Source: the human T2T-CHM13v2.0 reference genome, Homo sapiens
Length of the DNA: 64,000 nt
NCBI RefSeq assembly: GCF_009914755.1
Contig: NC_060937.1
Strand: one strand, 5' to 3'
In this document: piece after piece, positions 1-13,433 of the stretch
Layout: each line of letters begins with the position of its first letter
Numbering within the stretch: position 1 is the stretch's first letter
Made by a program: the position numbers and the translations under genes
Notes under the pieces: model-generated
What the model saw: the letters and a program-made list of their open reading frames with translations, nothing else
Databases searched by the model: none
What the model was told of the DNA's origin: nothing

Positions 1-78
1 CTATGGAACCACCTATTTTCTGTATAAATTACCCAGTCACAGGTATTTATTTATAGCAGCATGAGAATGGGCTAATAG
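1..78 (+). mobile_element. 3' end of a MaLR (MST/THE1-type) LTR, cut by the window edge
   Basis: ATAAATTACCCAGTCACAGGTATTTATTTATAGCAGCATGAGAATGGGCTAATAGA resembles the MaLR LTR terminus (ATAAATTACCCAGTCTCAGGTAT...GACTAATACA). Confidence 0.85.
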
Positions 79-3000
79 ACCTGCCTTAGAATATAGACAG
101 ATACATGGTACATTGCATCACTAGTATGACTTTTCTACCACTGACCAGGGAAGACAGTCATGCATTTAAGCATTACAACACAGCTTTCCTCAAGTTTATT
201 TTATATCTTAAATAAGGATACTGTGTGTGTTATAGCTACATGACAGGAGGCAGTTTGTAATTTAGTTTAAAGCTGACCAATTAGGAAATGTGGAGACCTT
301 ACTTCACATCTCAGTTATGCAGTTAACTACACATGAGACCTCTGCATATCTCCTTCTTCCTCTTTCTCAGCCTATAAGTTAGAGAGACCATACAAATGGC
401 CTGTTAGTTCCCCTCCAACACAGCCTTTTTTTTTTTTTTACAACTATGCCAACAAGCATAGTTCAGTAGGTCATGTTATAAAGAAAAAAATACACAATTT
501 TTCTCCTAATAGTGCACTGTGGATGCAAGGCAATGTGACTTGCAGTCAAATGTGGCATGCTGTCTCCATGCTGTATGCAGTCATGCTAAATAAAAGTTAA
601 TTTTAACTGAAAGACAAACTGTGTTTGTTCTGCCTGACAGGAAACTAGTGCTATCTTCTCAGTATTCACACAAGCAAACTGATATTAAAATGTGCTACTG
701 TGCTGGGGTTTGACTACTCAATTCCTGCAGAAAGGGGAGATCCAAGTTGAGAGAAACATGATTAAAATAAGAAGAGGAACAAATAGTAGCATGAGAGTGG
801 TTGAAGATGAAATTGACAAAATGTTTTTTAGACAGTTTACCCCAAGCCACTGCATCTTTTGGGTGTTAAGAAAGGCTATAAAACGTGTTGCTATAACAAC
901 ACTAATTAATTATGGTGGAATTTCATGCACTGTAGCTTAGAGCCAATTTACGATGCTCTTATTATATGTCACACAAAATGTGGCAAAAATGATTACATTG
1001 AAGTGTTTTGAAATATGAGATGATATGCAGGACCACTTTTATTATTTTATTATATTATTGTAATAGAGACACTTTTAACCTATGCCTCGGTTATGTCCAT
1101 AATATCATTTTGATTATAAACATATGCCAACGCCATCAGAGTTAATTGAGCTTAGAGTATACAGACACCATGGATATTCTTTGAAGTTAAAGGTAAATTG
1201 AGATAAAGGGAAAGATTTGTGGAGCCCAGGTTACCACTAGTACTAACATAAAGGCCTGAAAAAAGCCATGGCTCTCAATGTGCTTGTTGCAATTAGTCCC
1301 AGAGATTCCACAACGGCTTCAGTAACCATCTAACAGGCAGATGAAATCCAATGTATGCAAGAAAGAATCTGAGATATATATATATATATATAGAATATGT
1401 TCAAAACAATAAATAAAATTCGAGTACCCAGATGTCTAAGTAGTACCTGGACATTATAAAATGTCATTGTCAATGTTGTAGTTACTGAATTTATATCTTC
1501 TTTTCCCTCCCACAAATGACACATTTTCTGTAGTTTTATGCAATAATTGCTACTACAAAAAACAACTGTATTAAAATCCAAATAATTTATTTCTCTTGAG
1601 GATTTATTTCTATAACATACCTCAAGCAATTACAAATTCTGAAGAAAGGTTAAAATCAACTCTCAGCTTAATATCTGATTTAAAATCTTTAGCTAATTCA
1701 TTTGGAGAGATGCCTATATGTTCCTAAGGTGGAGATAGCTGTTAATATTAGATCACAGACCACTAAGTAACTTACTAGGTGAGGAGAAATTTGAACTCTC
1801 AGCAGTGATTAAAATAATAAAAACACAGCAACAATCAACTGTCTCATAATGTAGATTGAAGAAAAGCGGACATTTAGAAGACAAGGTGGACACTTCCCAT
1901 TTAGCAGTGTCGAACCTGATTCTCATGTTCCTGCATTGGGCTGCCAGCTGTGTAAGGGGCTGCCAAAGACTGTGATTCCCCTGCAGACATAACAACAGCT
2001 GTAATGCCACCTGTGTAAGGAGATGTGCTTGAGAGACGAGAGAATTACATTGACCTCAGGCTGGTTTTGTCTTTCTCTAATTTCTGCACCACTGTCAGAT
2101 TTGAGAAAGTAAATCACCATCTTCTGATATTGTTTCGTCAGACCCCCACCACACAGTGCTCTCTGTAGGGCACCGGGTAGAAATCATAAGCATATAAATA
2201 TAAAATCCATCAGAAAAAAGGACCTGAGCTCTCTGGTCCTTTTAGATAAATCTAAATTAGATGGAGGATGAAGGATTGATTCAATGTAGAGTTGTGATAA
2301 CAAGGAGTAAAAACGACTAAGTGTCTAATGGTGGAGTTCATCATCATCTAACCTTAGGGAATCTGTGGTTATTAGTCAAGAGTTCCCAGGAGAGGTCTGT
2401 TTTCAGCCAAAAAGGAAAGAACTGCAAGTGATTTATTTTCTTGATGTGAAATAGAATGTTGGTGCAGTACTATGAGGAATTAGAAAAGAATGTTCAAAAA
2501 ATTACATACATATAAAATGTATATATATGTACATTTATGTTTATAGTGTCTATGTATATTAAAAAAGTTAAAATAAACTAATGTTAATCTAATCAGAATA
2601 AAAGAGTGAAGGAGAAAGTATAATAATGAAGTAATGGATTAAGGCAATATTGTGATAAGTATTTTGAAGATCAGCTATGAACTAATAGAACAAAGGAAAA
2701 TGAAATGAAAATAAAAAGAATTGTCTTACACTATGTGGATCATCATGCAGTCATTGTTACAGACAAATTCTCACGGATTTCAGTTGGGGCTTTGGACAAA
2801 ACAAGAAGACATGTGCTTTGGTATATTACCTAGAACTACAATGTTTATTTTAGCTGCATATTCATTAGTAATACATTTTGTAAAATTAAAGAGAAGATAT
2901 TACTTGACAAATGTAAAAAAAAAGTCTTACCTATATTTTTAAGAAGGTTAGCAACTTTAAAAAAATACAAAAGGATTATGTTTCAGAATTATTTAAATTA

Positions 3001-4139
3001 ATCACATTAATATGTACCAGTGACTTTTATCAATTAACCAGAAATCTGGGTCTATCAGCAGAATTTATCCATCCATCTTTGCTGTGAAACTGGTAACGAA
3101 TTTGTTTAAATTATTGGCCTTTTAATTTACCTCATTTCGTCTCCTGTCTGAGAAGCCTGTTTATTTTCAGGCAGCTGCATATGTTGGCATGATTGATGAG
3201 ATCTGCTACAGTCAAGCAAGCAGCCCTGGGTGACCAGTTTACCCTTCCCTGCGAGGGTTCCAGCTGCCAGTTGCCCCCATTCTGTGACAGCTTCTCCTTC
3301 TCCTCACCTTGTCATCCAGCCAAGATTGTACACTGTAGGAGTACAGGTGAGCATCTGCCTCCATAATCATTGCCAACAGCCCTCCATTATCAACTGCCAG
3401 GGGTGCTTCAAAGCAATGTGGAGTTCTTTCTCTTGACACAGGGACCAAGTGTATTTATGCCTGAAACAAACTCTGCCTTTGCTGACTAGGGAAACTCACA
3501 TGTAAAATGTTTTTTTTTAATTGCATCACAAATCACTACAGTATTATAAAACAGGTCGTAGCATCCTCCAGCCCTCACCACCATGACCCCCATCAGGTAT
3601 TGTACATTAGACTATGTAAAGACCTTTCACTTAAAAATAGGGATTTTCTCCCTGGTTATTATATTCTCATATAAAAGAAAAAATAAAAAGCTCTGTCAAA
3701 CATTTTCACTCCAGCGTCGTGTAAATTAAATCTACCTATAAAGGTGAATTATCTTACAACATCTGTCCTTCTGTTTGTACAGCCACACCATGTGTGGATC
3801 AGAAATAAACAAGACAGATAATTTGTGTATAGCAACATTAAAGTGAATTCTACTGTTTTGGTTTTTAACTGCATGATGTTAAAATTTTTATTGTTAAATG
3901 ATCTATGGTTGTAATTTAATATTTACTGAGAGTCCACAGTAATCTAGGAACTATATGGACTATAAATAAGATGTAACTCCTGCTTTTAAAATGAACTAAA
4001 TTTCTATTGTAATATATATTATGAATTATATTTATGCATTTACTTTGTATAGAGAATATGATGCATAATTTTGACAGTGATATGTGTCTGTCAGAATAAC
4101 AATGCAATTGCCTCAAAATAGTCAAAAGAGACATTGTTA

Positions 4140-4385
4140 TACAATGCTTATTAAGATCAAAGGCTTTTTCAGAGAAATATTATATTTTAAATCTGGGCTG
4201 CTACATACCAGCTGCAAGATCTTGGACAAGTTATTTAACTTCACAGAATGTTAAGTTTCCTTATCTTCAAATGGAGATAATAAAATTTACCTTGTCTGGT
4301 AGTTCTGAGAATTGAGTATGAAAATATATGTAAACATATGTAAAGCTCTTAGTGCAATGCTTGACACATGGATCTTATTATTACT
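4140..4385 (+). mobile_element. MIR SINE
   Basis: MIR core: GATCTTGGACAAGTTATTTAACTTC...TTTCCTTATCTTCAAATGGAGATAATAA...ATGTAAAGCTCTTAGTGCAATGCTTGACACAT. Confidence 0.75.
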
Positions 4386-5359
4386 AAAGCAGTAAATGAA
4401 GAACATAAGGATTGCTTATTGATAGCTTCTGATACAGCCATGATCCCCACACCAAGAAACTTGTATCAGTTGAAGTTCATTAATATACCTATATATAAAA
4501 ATAGACATGGTATATAAATATAGTGGTGGAAGAGGTTTTTTTTATTGAATTATTGTCCCATATAGAGATATTTAATCTGAATTAACAAGTAAGAGAAACT
4601 ATTCTGAATTGTCTCCTCTATAAAGACAGGGTGTTCAAGGTATATTAAGTCTTCTAATTATGTGCTAACTTGCACTTTTGTAAGCTTGACACATAGTTGG
4701 TCTCTTTAACTTTTGGAGTCTATTTCTCACATGTAAAATGATCCACTTAATAATTTACAGTGTACACCTGCCTTTCCCTAGCTTCATATCTCCTGTCTTT
4801 AAGCAATAATGGAATGTCTTTTTGTGGAATTGTTCAAAAATTTAGCTAATGACAATACTTCTCATTGTACATAACAATTATGAACAATTAATATATCTAA
4901 TTCTCAGTTTCTTTATAAATAGCATAGTAATGAGTATCAATGAAATAATTATGGAAAAGAGTATTGTGCTTCATGTATTTTTTGTTTATAATTAATAGTA
5001 TTCTTGTTATTATATTTTTTTATATTTAAGTTTAACTAAAATTAGGAAATTGAATTTTATGGTCACATCTAACTCAATTTAGACTACTAATGCTATTGAT
5101 TCCTAGATCACGAATGGAGGCTTGAGGTGATTTTGCAAAAAAAAGTTTTGCATACTCTGCAGCGTATGTTTCCCTTATTCTAAGCCTCAGAATATGGAGA
5201 GAGACTTGTGTTTGTACATTTGGTCTGAAATCCTCACCAGGGGCTACAGTTCCCCCTAATTAATCCACATGTACATGTAGCTCTCCAGGAAATGCCCTTC
5301 AGGATGTGCATGTGATCACAGCTGACAGCAAAAAAGCAAAATATGCTCAGTGTAGGAAA

Positions 5360-5487
5360 ATTCTTTTTTCTTTTCTTTTCTTTTCTCTTTTCTTTACTCT
5401 TTCTTTCTTTCTTTCTTTCCTTCCTTCCTTCCTTCCTTCCTTCCTTCCTTCCTTCCTTCCTTCCTTCCTTCCTTCTTTCTTTCTTTC

Positions 5488-5562
<75 letters not shown>

Positions 5563-5600
5563 CTCTCTCTCTCTTTTCTTTCTTTCTTTGTTTCTTTCCT
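5360..5600. repeat. Compound polypyrimidine microsatellite (TTTTC)n(TTTC)n(TTCC)n(TTTC)n(TC)n
   Basis: Directly visible. It produces the low-complexity KERK/FLSF ORFs in the ORF track. Confidence 0.98.
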
Positions 5601-6664
5601 CTGTCTTTTTGTCTTGGAAAGAACACAAATGACTATCATGACTATGATTATTAGTCACATTGGATTAGAAGTAATCTATCAACAATATGATTTACTAAAA
5701 TAGCATTCTGACCACAAACAATATTGACTTTAATTATATTTTAGTTGTTATTCATGCTCTAATGTTGGCAGAAAAAGGAAGACAGAAACAAAAGAAATAT
5801 GGATGAACACAAAACAGCTAGGTTACTTTGCATCATAACCTCAAGGTGGAGAGGTCTTTGGGTACTCACAGCAGGGAAGAGGCCAGTATCTTGCAGCATA
5901 ACAAATGGATGTCACACATGAATGAGAAGGCAGAAGGGCAGTATTCAGACTAAATTTGCTGGACATTTTATCCTAGTAGGTGAGCACTGAAGCAGTGCAT
6001 ATGCCAGGGCTCTTGGGTTAATATAGAAGGATATGGATAATATTTTGTAAGTAAAAAATGACTGAGAAGGAGTGAAACATTTGATGCACTAAAGCATGAA
6101 ATGGAAGATGGATTAAAAGGATATATTAAAAATGTTCATGTATATTCAACTGGCCTAAGAGAAAAGTATTCTTTATTTCATATTCTCCTATTTTTGGTAA
6201 ACTATGACCTAAAAATCATTTCTATGTTTCACACACACACTGGAATATATCTATTTTCCCATGGAAATTGAGATAAAAATTAGCATCAAATGATATATAA
6301 CATAGTAATATTATGATTAGTATCTATTGCCTTGCACGCTGTGGTCAAACTCATAACAATTCATATGAATGTAGAATATATAATATATATGTATTGTAAT
6401 TTGTGTAATATGATGAGTGCTGCCAGACAAATTAATATATTTAAAACATTAAACATAGTAACTGCTTTGATGGCTCCTTTCTGAGAAAGCCAGTATCTGT
6501 TATGCTAAGTTTTTGTTATCCTGAATTATTTGGGAGGTCATACAACTTTCATTCCTGGAAATTCAAATGTGTCCTACAGCCGTGAAACAGTCCCAAAAAT
6601 GTAGGCTTAAGGTAATACATTTGTAAAATATTGAATTGCCTTTTTTCATGTAATAATAAATGTG

Positions 6665-6797
6665 GGATCTCTTGCTCCTGCTCTTGCTATGTGACATGCC
6701 TGATCTAGCTTTCCCTTTTACCATGAGTAAAAGCTTCATGAGGCCTCCCCAGAATCTGAGTAGATACCAGTATCATGCTTGTTCAGCCTGCAGAACC
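6665..6797 (+). mobile_element. Internal fragment of an MST (MSTB-like) MaLR LTR
   Basis: CTCTTGCTCCTGCTCTTGCTATGTGACATGCC...GAGGCCTCCCCAGAATCTGAGTAGATACCAG...CAGCCTGCAGAACC; stops just before the L1 5' end. Confidence 0.8.
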
Positions 6798-6814
6798 AAC
6801 TCTTAGGTATATTC

Positions 6815-9800
6815 AGCCAATATGGTCAACTAGACATAGCCAGCAAGAACATCTCCCATTGAGACTGGGACATTGGGAAGACCAACACACTACTGGCAGA
6901 TCTTTGAAAGGAGGGCATTGAGAGTGGGCAGGGGAGGATACAAATACTAGGCTGAAGAGGGACGAAGCTGGGAACCCTGGACAGGGCTGCCAAGCACTGG
7001 GACTTGTTCTTGGTCCCCAGAAACTCTTGGGGAAGGGGTAAATTGAACAGGTAAAGAATGGACCACTCTTGCCACAGGCCTCTTGAATCCTGGTAGCAAA
7101 GACCCCAAGAACCTCACAGACACTTAAGCTGGCAGGCAGAGCTGCTTAGAGGGGAGGCAAGGGCAGAACTCCAGCCTGTGTGGAGCCTAGAGGTTTTGGC
7201 AGAGGAATGGCTACAGTGGAGCATGGCCAGGGTCGCCCAACCCCCAAGGCTTGCCATCTTTCTCTTAAAGACTTTAGCCTGGGAGACTGTCAGACCTGCA
7301 CAGAGTAGGAGCTTGTGTGCTTTTCAGGGAACTTAATCACAGCTCCTTCACCAGCAGACTACAACTGTCTGTCAGATAGCTCCAGTAGTCCAGCCTCTGA
7401 TGACATACACCAGCCCACCTGCAGCCTCCCCCCATTGCAGACTCCCTCTGCCACTTTTCCAGCATGCACTCACCCATGATTGCACTTCACCTATTTACTG
7501 GTGTGCAGGTGTGGGAGGACTTTGTCTCCTCTTTCCTGCTGCCATTTCATGTGTACATGTATCCTACCACCACATTATTGCCAGCATGAGTGCACTCCAC
7601 TGCCCTGCCACTGCTGATGTGGTGGGCACACCACCATGCAGCTGCTGCTGGTGTGAACACACACTCAAATGCCACCTGCTGCACTCCACCAGTGCCATGC
7701 CCATAGTGATGTGTGGGTAACCTGCCATACTCCTGCCACTGCCAGTGCAAGTGCAAACACAAACACCAGCTGCTCCACCCCTACTGGTGCCCTGCCCCTG
7801 CTGCGCCACAACAGCTGCTAGCATGTGGAAGCAAGAATGTATCTCACTGCCACTGCCCCAACACAGTGCTTTGGCTGGCACCCCTCATCAGATTGTTGTG
7901 GCCAGAAGACTAGGAATATCTTGCCTTTCTAGCACAAGAGATTACTAACTTTGAGGGGCCAGAGAACAAAGCTGGTGGCCTGGTACCAGCCCTCCAGAAT
8001 TAGAACACACAGTCCAGAAGTGCTGAGCTGACCCTTGGACCCCTAAAATCCTCCAGAAACAGAACCAGTTGGCTGAACCCACCTTATACCACAATTGAAC
8101 TCCCAGGTATATCAAAGAAGATAAAAGAAAAAAAATGTTATCCAAAGGACAGCAACATCCTTTGAGAATAAAGGAATTTCAGCCCACACAGATGAGAAAG
8201 AATCATTGCAAGAGCCCTGGAAACTCAAAATGACAGCATCTTCTTACCTCCAAATGATTTTATTAATTCCCTAGCAATGGTTCTTAACCAGATGAAACGG
8301 CTGAAATGACAGAAATAGAATTCAGAATATCGATAGAAATAAAAATCAAGAATCAGGATATTTTGGGAGGCCGAGGCAGGTGGATCGTGAGGTCAAGAGA
8401 TCAAGACCATCCTGACTAACATGGTGAAACCCCATCCCTACTAAAAATACAAAAATTAGCTGAGCATGGTGGCATGCTCCTGTAGTCCCAGCTACTTAGG
8501 AGGCTGAGGCAGAAGAATCACTTGAACCCGGGAGGCAGAGGTTGCAGTGAGCTGAGATTGTGCCACTGCACTAAAGCCTGGTGATAGAGTGAGACTCCAT
8601 CTAAAGAAAGAAAAAAGAAAAAGAATCCGGAGAAAGTCTAACCTAATCCATGGAATCTGAGAGATACAATAAAGTTACACAGGAGCTGAAAGATATACCG
8701 GCCATTTTATGAAAAGAGCAAGCTCACCTTGTAGAGCTAAAAATACACAACAAGAATTTCATAATAAAATTGCAATCATTAACAGTGGAATAGATCAAGC
8801 TGAAAAAAGACTCTTAGAGCCTGAAGACCACTTCTCCAGGTTAACTCAGTCAGAAAAAATAAAGAATAAAGAAGAATGAATAAAGCCTCCAAGAAATATG
8901 AGATTATGTAAAGAACCAAATGAATGACTCATTGATATTCCTGAATGAGAGAGACAGAAAGCAAGCAACTTGGAAAAAATATTCTGATATATTGTCCATG
9001 AAAATTTTCCAGACTTATCTAGAGAGGCCAACATTCAAATACAAGAAATGCAGAGAAAGCCTGAGAGATACAGTATAACATGAGCATTGCCAAGACACAT
9101 AGTCATCAGATTTTCCAAGGTCAAAATGCAATAAAAAATATGAAAGACACTGAGACAGAGGGGACAGGTCACCTACAAAAGGAACCCGATCAAGCTAACA
9201 GTGAACTTTTCTACAAAAAAATACTACAGACCAGAAGAAATTGGGGACCTATATTCAGTATCCTCGAAGGAAAGAAATAATAAGAATTTCAGATCCAGCC
9301 AAACTAAACTTTGTAATCAAAGGATAAATAAGATGCTTTTCAGACAAGCAAATGCTAAAGGAATTCATTACCACTAGACCTGGCTTACAAGAGATACTTA
9401 AGGGGCTGCTAAATATGAAAACAAAAACCATTACCAGTCACAACAAAAACACACTACAGTACATAGACCACTGATATTATAAAACGACCACACAATTAAG
9501 CCTGCTTAGTAACCAGCTAAAAACATGATGAGGGGTCCAAATCCACACATATCTATATTAATGCTCAATGTAATGGGGCTAAATGCCCCAATTAAAAGGC
9601 ACAGAGTAGCAAAATAGATAAAGAAGCAAGACCCAATGGAATGCTGTCTTCAAGAGACCCACCTCAAATGTAAAGACACCCATAGGCTCAAAGTAAAGGG
9701 ATGAAGAAAAATCTACCAAGGAAATGGAAAATGGAGAAAAAGCATGAGTTGGTATTCTAATTTCAGGCAAAACAGACTTTAAACCAACAATGACTAAAAA

Positions 9801-12800
9801 AGAGAAAGAAGGGCATTACATAATGTTAAAAGGATCAATTAAAAAAGAAAACCTAATGATCTTAAATATATATGTATCCAATAGAGGAGCACCCAGATTC
9901 ATGGAAAAAGTTCTTAGAGATCAATGAAGAATCTTAGATGAATAATAATAGCAAGAGACTTTAATATCACACTGATAGTATCAGACAGATCATTCAGGTA
10001 GAAAACTAACAAAGATATTAGGGACCTAATCTTGACACTTGACCTCATGTACCTAACAGACATCTATAGAAAACTCCACCCAACAAAAGCAGAATATACA
10101 TTCTTGTTATCCTTACACAGCACCTACTCAAAAACTGAATACAAATGCAGCTGTGATGCAATTCTCAACAAATTTTAAGACAATTATACCAACCACATTT
10201 TTGGACCACAGTGCAATGAAAAGAAAAACCAACACCCAAATCTCTCAAAACCATATAATTACATGGAAATTAAATAATCTGTTTCAGAATGACTTTTGGG
10301 TAAACAATAAAATTGAGTCATAAGTAAAAAACATTTTTGAAACTAATGAGAACAAAGATAAACCATATCAAAATCTATGAAACACAGCTAAAACATTGTT
10401 GAAAGGAAAGTTTATAGCACTAAATGAACACATCAAAAAGGTAGAAAGACCACAAATTAACAATCTAACATCACACCTAGAGGAACTAGATAAACAAGAG
10501 CAAATCAACACCAAAGCTGTCAGCAGAAAAGAAATAACCAATAATAAGAGCTGAACTGAATGAAATTGAGGTGTGAAAACCACATAAAAAATCAACATAT
10601 CTAGAAGTTTGTTCTCTGAAAGAATAAATAAGATTGATAGACCACTAGCTAGACTAACATTGAAAAAAAGAGAGAAGAACTAAATAAACAAAATCAGAAA
10701 TGACAAAGGTGATAACACCACTGACCCCAGAGAAATACAAAAACCCTCAGGGACTATTATGAACACCTTTATGTACACAGATTAGAAAACCTACAAGAAA
10801 TGAATAAATTTCTGGAAACATACAACCTCTGTCGATTAAACAAGGAAGAAATTGAAACCTTGAACAGACCAATAATGAGTTCCAAAACTGAATCAGTAAT
10901 AAAAAGTCTACCAATTAGAAAGAGCTCAGGACCCGATGGATTCATAGCCAAATTCTAGCAAATATATAAAGAAGCGATGGTACCATACCTAATAAAACTA
11001 TTCTAAACAATTGAGAAGAGGTGATTCCTCCCTAACTCATTCTATGAGGACAGCATCATTCTGACACCAAACCTGGCAGAGATACAACAAAAAAGTAAAC
11101 TTTAGGCCAATATCACTGATCAACATGAATGCAAGGATCCTCAACAAAATATTAGCAAATCAAATCCAGTAGCATATCAAAAAAATGAATCTACCACAAT
11201 CCAGTAGGTTTTATCCCTGGGATGCAAAGTTAGTTCAACCTACATAAATCAGTACATGTGGTTAATTACATAAACAGAAGTAAAAACAAACACCAAATGA
11301 TCATCTCTATGGATGTAGAAGAGGCTTTCAATAAAATCCAGCATCCCGTCATCATAAAAACTCTCAAAAAACTAGATATCAAAAGAACGTACCTTAAAAT
11401 AATGAGCTATTTATGGCAAACCCATAGCCAACATCATACTAAATGGAACGAAACTGGACACATTTCCTTTGAGAACTGGAACAGCACAAGGATGTTCACT
11501 CTCACCACTCGTATTCAACATCATACTGAAACTTCTAACCAAGGGAATAAGATAAAAAAAAATCCAAATAAGAAAGGAGAAAGTAAAACTACTTTTGTTT
11601 GTAGACAATATGATTCTATATGTGCAAAATCTCTGCCAAATAATCTCTATCAAATCCCATAATCTCTGCCAAAAATCTCCTAGGTCTGATAAACAACTTA
11701 AGCAAATTTTAGAATACAAAGTCAAAGTACAAAAATCAGTAGTATTCCCATATAGAAACAACATTCAAGCTTAGAGCCAAATCAAGAATGTAATACCATT
11801 CACAATAGACACAAAAAGAATAAAATATCTGGGAATATGGTTAACCAGGGAAGTGAAAAATCTCTGCAATGAGAATTACAAAACACTGCTGAAACGAATC
11901 AGAGATGCTGCAAACAAATGGAAAATTATTTTATGTTCATGGATAAATGAATATCATTAAAGAGGCCATACTGCCCAAAGCAATTTATGGATTCAATGTT
12001 ATTCCCATCAAGCTACCTATAGCAACCTTCACAGAATTAGAAAAAACAATTTTAGAATTCCAATGAAACCAAAAAAGAGCCTGAATATCCAAGAAAATCC
12101 TAAGCAAAAAGAACAGAGCTAGAGTCTATCTGACTTCAAACTATACTACAAGGCTACCGTAACCCAAACAGCATAGTACTGGTACAAGGGAACAGAACTG
12201 AGAGCCCAGAAATAATGCCACACACCTACAACCATCTGATTTTCAACAAAGTTGACAAAAACAAGTAATCAGGAAAGGACTTCCTAGTCAATAAATGATG
12301 ATGGGATAACTGGCTAACCATATGCAGAATACTGACACTGTTTCACTTATACCACATAAGAAAATAAACTCAAGATGAATTAAGGACTTAAAAATATGAC
12401 CTACAACTATAAAAATCCTGGAGGATAACCTAGGAAATACCATTTTGGGCACAGGCCCTGACACAGGTTCTATAATGAAGATGTCAAAAACAACTGCAAC
12501 AAAAACAAAAATTGACAGATGGACCTAGTTAAACTAAAAAGCTTCTGCACAAAAAATGAAATTGTCAGCAGAGTAAACAGACAGTCTACAAAATGGGAGA
12601 AAATATTTGCAAGCTATGCATCCAATAAAGGCCTAATATCCACAATCCATAAGGAATTTAAACAAATTTACAGGCAAGAAAACAAACAACCCCATTAAAA
12701 AGTGAGCAAATGATATGAACAGACACTTTTCAAAAGAAGACACAGATGTATGAAAAAATGCTCAAACCACTAATCATTAGAGAAGTATAAATCAAAACCC

Positions 12801-13433
12801 CAATGAGATACCATCTTAAACCAGTCGGAACAGCCATTATTAAAAACTAAAAAAATAAGAGATGCTGGTGAGGTTGTAAAGAAAAGGGAATGCTTATAAA
12901 CTGTTGGGGGCAATGTGAGTTGGGTTAACCATTATGGAAAGCAGTTTGATGATTTCTGAAAGAACTTAAAGCAGAATTACCATTTGATCCAGCAATCCCA
13001 TGATTGGGTATATACCCAAAGGAATATAAATTATTCTACCAGAAGGAAACATGGATGTGAATGTTCATCAGAGCACTATTCACAATTGCAAAGACATGGA
13101 ATCAACCTAAATGCCCATCGGTGGTAGAATGGATAAGGAAAATAGGATACATATACCACGGAATACTATGCAGACATGAAAAGGAACAAGACCATGTCCT
13201 TTGCAGCAACGTGGATAAAGCTGGAGGCCATTAACTTAAGTGAACTAATGCAAGAACAGAAAACCAAATACCACGTGTCTCTCTTATATAGCAGGAATAT
13301 GCATTGAGTGCACAGGGACACAAAGAAGAGAACAATAGACATCAGAGCCTACTTGAGAGTAGAGGGTTGGAGGAGGGTGATGATTGAAAAATTACCTATT
13401 AAGTACTGTACTTATTACCAGGATGATGAAATA
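6815..13433 (+). mobile_element. Near full-length inactive LINE-1 (old L1PA, L1PA15/16-like): 5'UTR, ORF1 (~8192-9410), ORF2 (~9525-13300), 3'UTR lacking tail
   Basis: 5' end GCCAATATGGTCAACTAGACATAGCCAG; ORF1 start ATGAGAAAGAATC at 8192; endonuclease start ATGAGGGGTCCAAATCCACACATATCTATATTAATGCTCAATGTA near 9528; RT motif decayed to F-V-D-N (11598-11609); many stops and frameshifts; 3'UTR ends at GATGATGAAATA. Confidence 0.95.
8361..8620 (+). mobile_element. 5'-truncated Alu (AluSc-like) inserted in L1 ORF1
   Basis: TTTGGGAGGCCGAGGCAGGTGGATCGTGAGGTCAAGAGATCAAGACCATCCTG; A-rich tail; TSD AAGAATCAGGA (8348-8358) / AAGAATCCGGA (8621-8631). Confidence 0.95.

Noticed and set aside
2585-2595. Isolated DUX4 consensus TAATCTAATCA
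   Set aside because: A single AT-rich 11-mer in AT-rich DNA is plausible by chance.
5234-5658. Five overlapping ORFs of 81-130 aa (KERK/FLSF repeats)
   Set aside because: They are translations of a stop-free microsatellite, not genes.
7400-7948. Cys/His/Pro-rich ORFs
   Set aside because: They lie in the repetitive L1 5'UTR and show no domain pattern or splice context.
11258-11662. 134-aa RT-like ORF
   Set aside because: It is a frameshifted fragment of dead L1 ORF2, and the catalytic FADD motif has decayed to FVDN.
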